Assembly: GCF_009834535.1 (NCBI RefSeq)
Contig: NC_045697.1
Span: 12,774,001 to 12,838,000 of the forward strand
Direction of reading: 5' to 3'
Length of the DNA: 64,000 nucleotides
Source of the DNA: Camelus ferus
Lineage: Eukaryota
Shown here: in pieces, positions 24,278 to 34,365 of the stretch
How the letters are laid out: every line of letters begins with the position of its first letter
How positions within the stretch are numbered: position 1 is the first letter of the stretch
Translations under genes and position numbers: made by a program
The notes under the pieces: generated by a model
Database searches by the model: none
Seen by the model: only the letters and a program-made list of their open reading frames with translations
Told to the model about the DNA's origin: nothing

Positions 24278-24400
24278 CCACTTTTGTGTTTTTCTATACT
24301 TTCCCCGGAAATTCTTTCTGCAAAAGCAGACTTGTCGGCAGCCTTAAGTGAGTAGGCCATGGGGCGCAAGCCAAAGTTCACAATAGCTTACACCTGGTAA
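24278..24400 (-). other. Candidate first exon of a divergent - strand transcript
   Basis: Minus-strand donor TGG|GTAAGT at 24277; ccccATGG at 24360 is open to the donor. 5' end is a guess. Confidence 0.35.
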
Positions 24401-24411
24401 GAGGTAAATGT

Positions 24412-24569
24412 ACGCATGCGCTAGTAGCGTGAGTAAGCATTGTGAACACCACGCATGCGCCAGTAGCGTGAGTCAGCATTATGAACACCACGCATGCGCC
24501 AGTAGCGTGAGTCAGCATTATGAACACCACGCATGCGCCAGTAGCGTGACCACTACGCATGCACCACTA
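24412..24569. repeat. 39-bp minisatellite, ~3.5 units plus a degenerate partial unit
   Basis: Unit ACGCATGCGCCAGTAGCGTGAGTCAGCATTATGAACACC starts at 24412, 24451, 24490 and 24529 (partial). Units 2 and 3 are identical; unit 1 has 3 substitutions. Confidence 0.95.
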
Positions 24570-24609
24570 GCATTATAAAAAGGACAAGTGCATACACCTG
24601 AGGGCCGCC

Positions 24610-24780
24610 AGTTCGCCAGGCTTTCCACCCGCTTGAACTGCAAGAAAATGCGGTTTTGCTCCATGTCGGCTCCTCGTGCCTTCTTCCAATTGGGGCAACG
24701 CACCTCCTCGGATCCCTCTCCAGCCTCCCGTGGCTGACAAGACTTCTTGTTCTTTTGTTACTTCACCTGTTTCTCTCAAA
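24610..24780 (+). other. Candidate first exon of an unannotated + strand transcript
   Basis: Lies downstream of TATA/Inr-like motifs and ends at AAA|GTAAGT (24781). Contains a 29-codon uORF 24648-24737. Confidence 0.45.
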
Positions 24781-25914
24781 GTAAGTCCTTAAAATGTGGT
24801 TCTAACACATTTGAATTCCTGTCATTCGTATCATTTACTATCCTCTTCATCGTCTAGAATAGCACAATGCTAGATACTCGATACATATTTCTTTAAAATC
24901 TGGCTAAAGAAGACAAGTAGAAACAGACAGTAGAAGTGTGTAAAAATTCTTCTTTGCTTCCCTATGTAAAGTGTGTGAAGTTTCTCAAGTTGCTTTAGAT
25001 TTTTCTGTTGAGATTTAACCTGCTTGGATGAGACTGTAATACAATTAGTCTGGGCAGCAACGTGTAAGTGGGAAAAAACAGGTTTGTTGTCAAGGACGCG
25101 GTCTTCAAGGCATAGGGAAAGAGATGAGACACAAGGAGATGCTAAAACGTATGCCTCTTTGACCTCTTAAATGGTGGGAAAATTATGGGCTTTGAAGATG
25201 GGCATCTGGGGTGGAAAAAAAAAAACTCCACCTTTTCCATTATCTTTAAAGCTGAGAATAATACTTATTCTTCAGGGTTGAATAAGATGGTGCCTCATAC
25301 TTATTAGGAGTGTTATAGATTAGAAATATTGTTCCATAGCTATATATGGGAGTTCTTATTCCACAGGTAAGACAATGTAGTTGTTAATTTCGCACATTAA
25401 AACTAGCCTTTTAGCACCCCATTTGAATCCCAGAGAATGTTCAACCTTTAATTTCTTCCTTGAATTCTCTTTTCCACCGTAACTTCTGTAATTGAAACCA
25501 TAAGGGAAGTTACATGTTGGGTTTATTACACTCTCAATGCTAAGATACAAGAACTCAATAAAACATCTTTACAAGAAAATACTTGGTAAACTTCTTGAGG
25601 ACTAAAGATTTCATCTGGTATTCTGATTCTACAATCTTGGTGGAAATTGGAGGAATGTGCTAAGTGAATGTTAACTGTCTAGGGCGAAAGAGCTATTACC
25701 AAAGCACACACATCATTGTCTTCAACATTGGAAGGTGGCAACTGATAGAATTTCTCATCTGTGTGTATTACTCACTGTATCGACAAAATTAGATACAGTT
25801 TTCTTTCATCATTTGTACACTGGAGTTGACACTGATATCAAAGGTGAAGAGTATGGGCTTTGGGTATTATGATTACCTTTAATTATTTAAGGATTAAGGA
25901 ACTCTAAATACATA

Positions 25915-26175
25915 CAATAGTAACATCAAAGATCACTGATCACTGCTCACCATAACAAATATAATAATAATGCAAATTTTTCAATATTGCAAGAATTACC
26001 AAAATGCGACCCAGAGACATGAAGACAGGAAATGCTGTTGGAAAAATGGCATCAGTAGACTTGCTTGACACAGGGTTGCCACAAACTTTCAATCTGTAAA
26101 AAAAAAAAAAAAAAAAAAAAAAATACAGTATTTATAAAACACAATAAAGGGAAGAGCAGTGAAACGAGGTGTTTG
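25915..26175. mobile_element. Tigger2/MER28-like TcMar DNA transposon end
   Basis: 'agtaacatcaaagatcactgatc...gaattaccaaaatgcgacccagagacatgaag...gctgttggaaaaatggc...gggttgccacaaactttcaat'. Confidence 0.75.
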
Positions 26176-26246
26176 AAATAGAGATACACTTTAAAATTGA
26201 AAGATACATACAAATAAGCGTCACTGTTTTAATATATAAAGAGCTG

Positions 26247-26264
26247 GTGTGTGTGTGTGTGTGT
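26247..26264. repeat. (GT)n microsatellite; similar short ones at ~46226-46243 and ~47782-47806
   Basis: Directly visible. Confidence 0.85.
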
Positions 26265-26349
26265 ATGACTTTTGACTGGTTCTTAGGTCTCATATTAAAC
26301 TTCCCAAATGCTCAGAGTACTATTAAAAATCGTGCCCAGAAACCTACCT

Positions 26350-27800
26350 TGCTACATGTCGTGATTTAATATGCTATAATGAACGTATAGCACATCTATG
26401 GAGAAATGAAAGATTACTTAATAAATTATATTGGTACAGTTGCTGAGCTATTTGAAATGAAGGCCAATTTATTCTCTCTTTTGTAGGGAATATTTATCAT
26501 TTTTGCCAACTCAACATCTTTTGAACACCCATATTATGCTTGGAGAATGTCCCATCATATAAATTTTGTCTCTCCAAAGTCAAAACTTAGAACTGTCTCC
26601 CAGTCTCTTTCAAAGGTAGATAAAAACATCTGATGAAGGCTTCAACAATTATATCTACTATCTCATGGTTAGTAGGTAAAGGAATGGGTGATACTTGGAC
26701 TCTGTCCTTTGGCAGGGATGGTGACAGGGACATCTGACTTTGTTTGTAGTCATGATCCCAGACTAATATTTCATTTTGCCCCACTCATCAAAAGAAATTT
26801 GACATAGATTGAATAGTTACATTCTAAAATTTAGATTTTTAAGGCATATATAAAAAATAAGTGACTTGCTGTCAAATCTAGTAATGAAAAAGCATTTTAA
26901 CTTTTTAAAAAATGGAAATTGTAAAAGGAAAATCAATATATTGATAATAAAAATGAAATTATTTTCTCTCTATAAATACATTTGACAAACACAACGTGTA
27001 ATATATTAACATTTTATTATACAATAAGCTCAAATAAGACCTATATGACAACACAAATATTGTTACTGAAAGCTTGAGTTAAGTGGCAAGAAAATGAGAG
27101 AAGATGACTTTTAAAAAAAAGGCTAATATTTGAGTAAAATCTTCTAACTTATTGGTAATGAAAGAAATTTAAAGTAAAGCTATGACAAAACATAATTTAT
27201 TGTCTGTCAAATCAGTGCTATTTTGCTTTTTTAATAGAAATATCTCATGCTGATGAATGTATAGAACTGGTTTACTTATATGTTGGTGGAGAGTATGAAT
27301 TGATATAACCTTTTGTGGAAAAAATTTAGAAATATATATCAAAATATTAATGTTTTCTGAGCTAGTAGTGCCTCTTCCAGGAATATTTTGTTAAGGAAAT
27401 AATCTGAAGTATCCGCAAAGATTTATACATCTGGTGCTTATTGAAGCATTAATTATTAAAGTACAAAAATTTAAAAATTAAAGTACGTAAGGTAAGTTAA
27501 ATATCTAACAGTAGAGAAATGTGTAGGTACATTACTAGATGTAGATGATCGTGTAAGTGAATATTCCCAAATTGTTAAAATTGTTAAAATATTAAAATCA
27601 TGTTTCTGAAGAGTTCTCAAGTAACATGAAAAATACACATATTATAATTTTTATGAAAATTGAGGTAACAAAATTATCTCTGTAGTCTGATCTCAACTGT
27701 AATATACAGAGAAACAAGGTGGGAAAGATGTCAGCAACCAATTCCTCTGGGGATAACTTAGTAGAATTGTTTTCTTTTTGTATGCATTCATATTTGCAAA
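26350..27800 (+). mobile_element. Highly decayed L1ME-like fragments
   Basis: 'ttattggtaatgaaagaaatttaaagtaaa...tgttggtggagagtatgaattgatataacctt...cctcttccaggaatatttt'. Confidence 0.45.
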
Positions 27801-28234
27801 TTAAATTTTTTGTAATTAGAAAAGAAAGTCCTCTAAAATTAATTTTGCCCACAAGAACAACTAGTTTGACTAAATTTGGTTTAAAAATAAAATGTTAAGT
27901 TAAACAAGTCTTTGTTGGAGACAGTTTGATGGAAAAATTAGTTTTTCATTTTTCCACTGCCAAGATCATTTATTTCAGACAATGCTTTTATCTTGTGCCC
28001 TGCTTAGAAAACTCACAGACTCCCTGTTCTTCATCCTCTCAAGTCTAAGTCTCTTTGACTGCTTTTCAAGGCCTTAATTTTGTTCCAGGGAAAATTATTC
28101 CTCCTTCCTCTGCCTTCTGCTTGTCTGTACTCCGATGAGTGTTGAGGTCACCCTGGAAACTCCACACTTGCTCATACACACACACACACTCTCACCCTTT
28201 GGACTGTCTGCTCATCGGTCTGAGAGAAATCGTG

Positions 28235-28340
28235 TTGCTCATTCATTTATTCAACAAATACTTGCATTTCTACTGTGGATCAGGTGCTGGAGATGCAGAG
28301 CTGAAGACATTCAGGAGTCTGCTCCCATGAAGTTTTTGCC
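28235..28340 (-). mobile_element. L2 3' end
   Basis: 'cattcatttattcaacaaatacttg...caggtgctggagatgcagagctgaa'. Confidence 0.6.
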
Positions 28341-28759
28341 CAGAGGAAAAGTCATTTAGCATCAACCCTCTAAAGACCATGAGGTGGATGGACTCCTCTA
28401 CAAATGTAAAAAAGATGCTGTTGAAGGCATTTTTTAAAAAATCATTCTGTTTTACCCTGTAAGGTTATATGCCATTTTTATTTTATGAAGTATTATTTAA
28501 AAAGCATTGTTTCCTCTAAGGAATCAGTTTGCTTCCTCTTCTCTGGTAAGAATAAGGATATGACACATCCTGTTTCTCTTTTTACCCTGGCTACCAGGAA
28601 GATTAGTGACATATTATTCAATTGCATTGACATCTATAAAAATTGGCATACTTATATTAGCATTATTTTGGGACATCGATTTTTTTTCTAATTGCATTGC
28701 TTTCTTTTGTGACCTGTAACATCTTGTAAGAAGCTCAAACTCTTTGTTTAAAAAGAAAA

Positions 28760-29146
28760 AAGTGCCACCCAGATGCTGCCTACTGGATTAAAGTACTCAT
28801 TTTCAGCTGCTTGGAGTGGTGGTGACCATTGGCTCTCACCCAAGTCCCTCTTTGATAACTGCTCTTAGTCAAAAAAAGCCCAAGGCTATATTCCAATCAC
28901 TGTGGCAGCCCATATCCAATGCTTGGTTGACTGAGGTAGAGGTAGAAAGATTCTGATCCCTTTTTCTCAAGGGAGGTTAATGTTGAAGGTCATCCTAGAT
29001 CAACTGCATTGCAGTTCAACTTCTTCCTTAGCCCAGCCCTGCATCTCCAGCCCTCACAGATGTTGTTCCCCACAGCACTCAGCAGTGAGTCTCATCCATG
29101 CAAATTTCACTCTCAACATCTGTTTCCTAGGAAATCCTACCTACAA
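28760..29146 (+). mobile_element. ERVL LTR (LTR16A-like)
   Basis: 'ggcagcccatatccaatg...gcattgcagttcaacttcttcc...ctcacagatgttgttccc...catgcaaatttcactctcaacatctgtttcctaggaaatcc'. Confidence 0.7.
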
Positions 29147-29367
29147 AAGCTAGATTAACAAAAAGTGAAAATGGTAATATTCCCTGCTACCCGCAGGTGC
29201 CTACTGCATGAGCTCAATAACCTTGCTGCCCCAACCTCATTTTTATATGTCCAGGAAAACACCCTCTGTCATTGATCTGCATTTTGCCATGAACGTTTGC
29301 AGATCTTAGAGTCACACTTCTTAGCACTTAATTCTTACTTGACTTCTGTTGTTCATTGTTGTTTCAG

Positions 29368-29436
29368 AATGTTTACAGCCATATGGTTGTACTTGACACC
29401 CTTCTCAGTGATTCTCATCTGTTTTTTGCATTCATG
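29368..29436 (+). other. Candidate 69-nt internal exon
   Basis: Long T-rich acceptor 'cttgacttctgttgttcattgttgtttcag|' and donor 'ATG|GTAAGC', in unique sequence between two LTRs. Confidence 0.4.
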
Positions 29437-29684
29437 GTAAGCTTTCAAGTAGTAGGAGTTTTGGCAACTCCTTTAGAGAGGTTAAATTGCTCTCTTAGCT
29501 GTTGTGCTACTTACTTGTTCACTTTTAGCCTGTATCACTACGTGTGCAGAGAATGTAATCTTAATGGCTGGACATGACAATCTTATGATCACAAAAGGCA
29601 AAGCTCTAGTCTGTACATGACCATTTGTGGTGCTCCTTGAAAATCTGATCTTCTTCACATCTACACTCATAATCAAGGTTGTCA

Positions 29685-30144
29685 TAGGGTGCTAGGACTT
29701 CCAAAACAGAGTACTACTAACTTGGTGGCTTAAAACAACACAAATTACACTTCTGGAGGCCAAAAGTCCAAAATCAAGGCGTTAGCAGAGCCACGCTGTC
29801 TCTGAAGGCTCAAGGGAAGGATACTTCCTTGCTACCTCCTGGCTACTTCCTGGCTTCTAGTGGTTGCTGGCTATCCTTGGAGTTCTCTGATTTGTAAACT
29901 CATCACTCCAATCTCTGCCTCCATCATCACGTGGCTTTCTCCTGGTAAATCTCTGTATCCAAATTTGCTGCTTCTTATAAGGATGCCAGTCATATTAGAT
30001 CAGGACCCACCCTAATCCAGTATGACCTCATCTTAACTTGATCATATTTTCAAATACCCTATTTCCAAATAAGGTCATCTTCACAGGTATCAGGAGTTAA
30101 GACTTCAACATATCTTTTTGAAGGGCACAATTTGACCCACAACA
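29685..30144 (-). mobile_element. MaLR solo LTR (MLT1C-like)
   Basis: 'ggtggcttaaaacaac...ttctggaggccaaaagtccaaaatcaagg...cccaccctaatccagtatgacctcatcttaac...ccctatttccaaataaggtca...cccacaaca'. Confidence 0.85.
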
Positions 30145-30639
30145 AAGGGATACCTTGCTCTGGTCTTAACTCTCTGACCCAGCAAAACCAGTATGACAGA
30201 TAATACTCATCTTCAGTTGAGTAAAGTTACTTTTATTTATTGACTGTAATCTGACACCACACCTAGGAAAAGTTCAGTGTGCAATGCATTAAATACCATT
30301 AGACCCACTTCTGTAGGCGTTGGGTCTTCCTCCTTCCCACCCCTCCACTTATTTGATGGCCTCCTCATTCGTTTATCTGACTGTACCTGCCTCTCCTTTG
30401 CCTGAGACGTGCTGGGTGCAACATTGGACAGAATTTTATAATTTCCTCTCACCTACTGTGCCTTCTGTTTCATACCTTTTTTCTCCTCCTTCGCTCTTGT
30501 CCAACTTCATTGTCCTGTATCAGTCTTCAGGATTGTGGAAAATGATGAATGAGAGTCATTCTGGTAGCTCATTTTCTAAATTTTCTATGTTAACTTTTAA
30601 AATGAAAGAAATACAGAACATTAATTTAGGAAAATGTTA

Positions 30640-30875
30640 AGAGAGATTTTCAAAAGTGTGGGTTAGAGGAGCTCCTTGGACAAACACATTTAGGGAATAT
30701 TATACACGAGGTCTCTGCTTCCAGATTCACAAGCTCTTTAGAGTATCTGGGTTATGGCAATTCCCACAAGCAAACAAAAGCAAACCAACAGAATATGTGT
30801 AGCTTGGTTTAAGTCAGCAGTTTCCAAGTGTATTTAATCATAAGGCAGACTGAGGAGAACCACATTGTGGAACTT
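30640..30875. mobile_element. Probable ancient hAT-type MER remnant, related to 10410-10670
   Basis: 'agattcacaagctctttag...ttggtttaagtcagcagtttccaagtgtattt'. Confidence 0.35.
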
Positions 30876-31049
30876 TTTCAAAGCCTCTGTTGAGGGAAGC
30901 AAATAAAACTGTCACCATCTTGGTATGCCTCTCCACACAGGAGGCTTTTCTAGATTAGTCTATGACCCCAACTGTTTAGAGCCAGTAATGAGAATTCCAG
31001 ACAGCAGCACCTGTTTCTAAGGGAAAGGCTCAGCGCCTTTTAGAATGTA

Positions 31050-31280
31050 TTTTAGCACAGATATTAAAAATGTGGATTCCACATTGCCTGAGTTTAAATT
31101 ACTTCGCTACAATTACAAGTTATGTGTCTTTGACTAAATTATCTAGTCTCTCTTAGCTCAGTTTCCTCATTTATTAAATGATTAAAATGAGAATAATGTC
31201 TGCTCACAGCATGATTGTGGAGATATCACAGCCATGTGAGACGCCTAGCAGAGTCTTCATCGCATGGTTCAATTTCACCC
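31050..31280 (+). mobile_element. MIR
   Basis: 'ttgcctgagtttaaat...tatgtgtctttgactaaattatct...ctcagtttcctcattt'. Confidence 0.55.
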
Positions 31281-31849
31281 TGAAGACTCCACCCGCATTC
31301 TCTCTTACATGATACTCAGGCACACAGGAACATAGCATTATTGATGCTGAAATCATATTTAATCTCAGATACCTCCGCTATCGCTCTTAGAGTTGGGACT
31401 TGCTTTTGGCTTTTTGGCTTCGTAAAGGACCCTATGCCAGGAGTCAGGCTATTATAACTTGAGTTCCATTTCTGAAATTACCCATCTGATAGGTCTTGAG
31501 AAATCAGTTCTTCCCAGATTTTATTTTCTTTCCCTGTAAAATGAACACAAAATGCAAAAGATCACCTCCACTCCCAAACTTAAAAATATACAAAAAAAAA
31601 AAATTAACAACTAGATTCCAGCATAATTGGTGTTTTGCTGTCATGAATAAACACTTTGTTTTCAGATGCAGTATAACATGTACCCGTATTGTAATAGAGT
31701 TTACTTTCTGCTCATTATTGTGGCAGCTCAAAACCTGAGAGACAGTAGGATGATATTATAAGATGACTGAAAGATTTCAAAAACAGTGAAATGTTAGGAA
31801 TACACCAGAGACTATCCTCACTTCACTGGGGGCTTAGATATCAGGCAGC

Positions 31850-32170
31850 TCAGTGTAGGGATTCCAAGACCTACGTAATTATCTCAATTCTACCACTTTT
31901 CATTTGCCCAAGAATTCTGTGCCTCAGTTTCCTTATCTGTAAAATGGAATCTCTACCTTCATAGAGCTATTGTGAGATAATATGTGTAAAGAACTTATAA
32001 AACAATATTGTCTAGTAGGCACTCAGTATATGTATGCTTTTATTATCGATAGATGAGTCAGTATTTTCACAGGTGAGAAAACTGAGGCTCAGAGATTAAA
32101 ATGTGTGTCCTGGCAGTCACAGAAAAAAAATGATGTTGGAGCAGTGACGGGATTCAGGTTTTGAGCCTGA
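31850..32170. mobile_element. Two MIR remnants in opposite orientation
   Basis: 'ctgtgcctcagtttccttatctgtaaaatgg' (+) and 'ttttcacaggtgagaaaactgaggctcagagattaa' (-). Confidence 0.65.
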
Positions 32171-32551
32171 TTATCCCCTTTTCCTCAACAATTGCATTCC
32201 AGCAAGGATGGCTGTAAAACCAATCTTAGTTGCTTTAGTCATCTGATTTGATTACTCGCTCAAAAGCCCTAAATCACTTTGGCTTACTTCTCAAAGTAAA
32301 TTATTTTTTTTAAAGCAAAATCTTTTGATTCGGTGATTTTTCTGGTAAGTGAGACATAACAGGATGTTTCTATAAAGTTGAAATAAAAAAAAAGTCAATT
32401 CAATTCCAAAATATTGATTACATATCTATTATATAAATGAAGAAACTATATAAAATTTTATTTTAGATCTTGTTAGGGGACAATCTGTTTATCCCTCCCC
32501 CTGCCCTTCTTGTCTTTCATGAGGAGTCTTTGCCAGACCTCAGCGTGGGTG

Positions 32552-33230
32552 TGTTTATTCATGCAACAATATTTATTTAAAACCTGCTATATTCCAGGGA
32601 CTGTTTTATGTGAATAGGAGAGAGTGGTGAGCAAGACTGGTAGAGTCTATTGTCATGAAGTTCATGTTCTAACACAGGGGTCAGAGAATTATGATCTCGG
32701 TCATATCTAGCCTGTTACCTATCTTGAACATAAAGTTTCATTGGAACACAGATAATTCATTTCTGTTTTGCTTATAACTACCTTCACACTACAATTACAG
32801 AGTTGAGAAGTTGCAACAGAGACCATATGGATCTCAAACCCTAAGCTGTTTACTGTTTGGCCCTTTGCAGAAAACATTTGTCCAACCCAGCCAGTAGAAT
32901 AAGCTATTCAATAAACAAATAGACAAGATGCTTTCAGATACTATGAATAAAATAAAACAGGATTATATAGCAGAGATAACGGAGAGAGCCTTTTTATTTG
33001 GGTGGTTGTCGAAGAACTTTCCAAGGTGTTGACCTTTGAACTGAAACTAGTCACAAGAAGGAGTGAATCTGGAAACAGGAACAGTGAGTACAAAGGACTG
33101 ATCGAGGTCTGTCTTGGACAGATTGTTGTGCATGAGGGCAAAAGCAATGAGAGAGAAGGCTAGAGAACATGCAGTGGCTGAATCACCTCGGCCCCTATGT
33201 GAGGAAGAGTGGTGTTGGACTTGGAAATCT
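32552..33230 (-). mobile_element. L2 remnant interrupted by MER58A
   Basis: 'tttattcatgcaacaatatttattt...cctgctatattccagggactg'; resumes 'gatgctttcagata...ggtgttgacctttgaactgaaac'. Confidence 0.6.
32675..32892. mobile_element. MER58A-like hAT-Charlie element
   Basis: 'caggggtcag...ataaagtttcattggaacaca...cagagttgagaagttgcaacagagaccatatgg...tttactgtttggccctttgcagaaaa'. Confidence 0.75.
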
Positions 33231-33879
33231 GGGGAGTACTTGACATGTTATATCAAAATTTTATTGGCTGCATAAAGGTTAGTGCTCATGCATGACCTTG
33301 GTCTTCTGTGTCTACCTCAGGGTATAGAGCAAAGTCATCTTCTCTGTATGGATGAAATATGCATATTTCTTTCTTTAACTTCTCTTGCCACTGAGTGGGT
33401 AACTCTAGGTGCTTTCGGTCTGAAATCCTAGGTTCTGAGAGTAATGTGCCCCATTCTCCAGTTTCAACAGTAATAAAGTTGCCCTATGTTTTAGCTTTGA
33501 TTTGGCTTATTGTGTGATCTTAATTGACTATAATCCAGAAAGGAGAGGAAAAGGGACTCATTAGTAGCCTCATAGCTATATTTTTTCCCAGTTAAAACTA
33601 GTGGTTTTGATATCGTAACATAAAGTCTAGTGCAAATTTTCATGAATACAAAACAATTTACACACATAATAAATGATCCAGCTATGCAATACAGAATCTA
33701 ACATCATATACTAAAATGCACTGAAATATTTCTGTGATCTACATTTTAAACTGTAATTAACTGTGTAAGTCAGGGTCAAATGAGCACAGAATAATTAAAA
33801 TGCAGAACACCATGGAGGTAACCACAGCTGTGCTAACTACAGGGATCTCTGTTTACTTATTTTAGTTTTGCTTTCGTCT

Positions 33880-34365
33880 AAGGCACTTATAAGTTCCTTC
33901 ACTTATATCCTCATATAATCATTGTGATACCCCTGTTATTATTAATTGTTACTAATAATGAGTAGCATTAATTATATTGGTAGCATTATTAACTAAATAA
34001 AATAATTATTATTCATTCCTACACTTGCACTTAGAGGCACAGTTGGGATCCCAATCCAGCCATCAAATTCTAGAGCCCACTCTTAAGACATGGTCCTGAC
34101 AGCAATGATGAGGGTCATTGTGGAGAAGGCTGTGTGGTAGGGAAGAGGTGCATGGGTTTTGTAGTCACGTGGATCTAGATTCAAAGCCAAGGTCTGTTCC
34201 TCATAGGCTGTATGGTTTGGAACATCTCATTTGCTTAGCTGTGCACTCCTGTTTCTTCATCTTTAAGTTGTGAATAAAACACATATTTCATAGGAATGTT
34301 TAGAGGATTAAATTAGTTAAAAAGAGGAGAGTATCCAGTATAGCACTGCACACAGGGTAGGCACC
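33880..34365. mobile_element. MIR remnants (- ~33880-34085, + ~34125-34365)
   Basis: 'ggatctagattcaaagcc...ctgtttcttcatctttaa...gaggattaaattagttaa...tagcactgcacacagggtaggcac'. Confidence 0.5.

Larger units (their letters stand above)
24300..24780. promoter_or_regulatory. Small CpG-enriched, probably bidirectional promoter
   Basis: Densest CpG cluster in the window. Four NRF1-type ACGCATGCGC motifs plus one degenerate copy, TATAAAAA 24574-24581, Inr-like CCAGTTC 24608-24614, CCAATTGG 24686-24693, and splice donors facing outward on both sides. Confidence 0.7.

Noticed and set aside
24068..24355. Poly-Lys / poly-Phe ORFs and a possible retrocopy poly(A) tail
   Set aside because: Translations of the A-rich tract; no upstream AATAAA, TSD or recognisable parent mRNA on the + strand
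24378..24560. Repetitive ORF MRSGHATGACVVFIMLTHATGAC...
   Set aside because: Open only because the 39-bp unit is a multiple of 3 and lacks stops; no coding evidence
24412..24569. CRISPR-like array (39-bp periodicity with palindromic core)
   Set aside because: Units are head-to-tail with no unique spacers, no cas genes are present and the context is mammalian; it is a minisatellite
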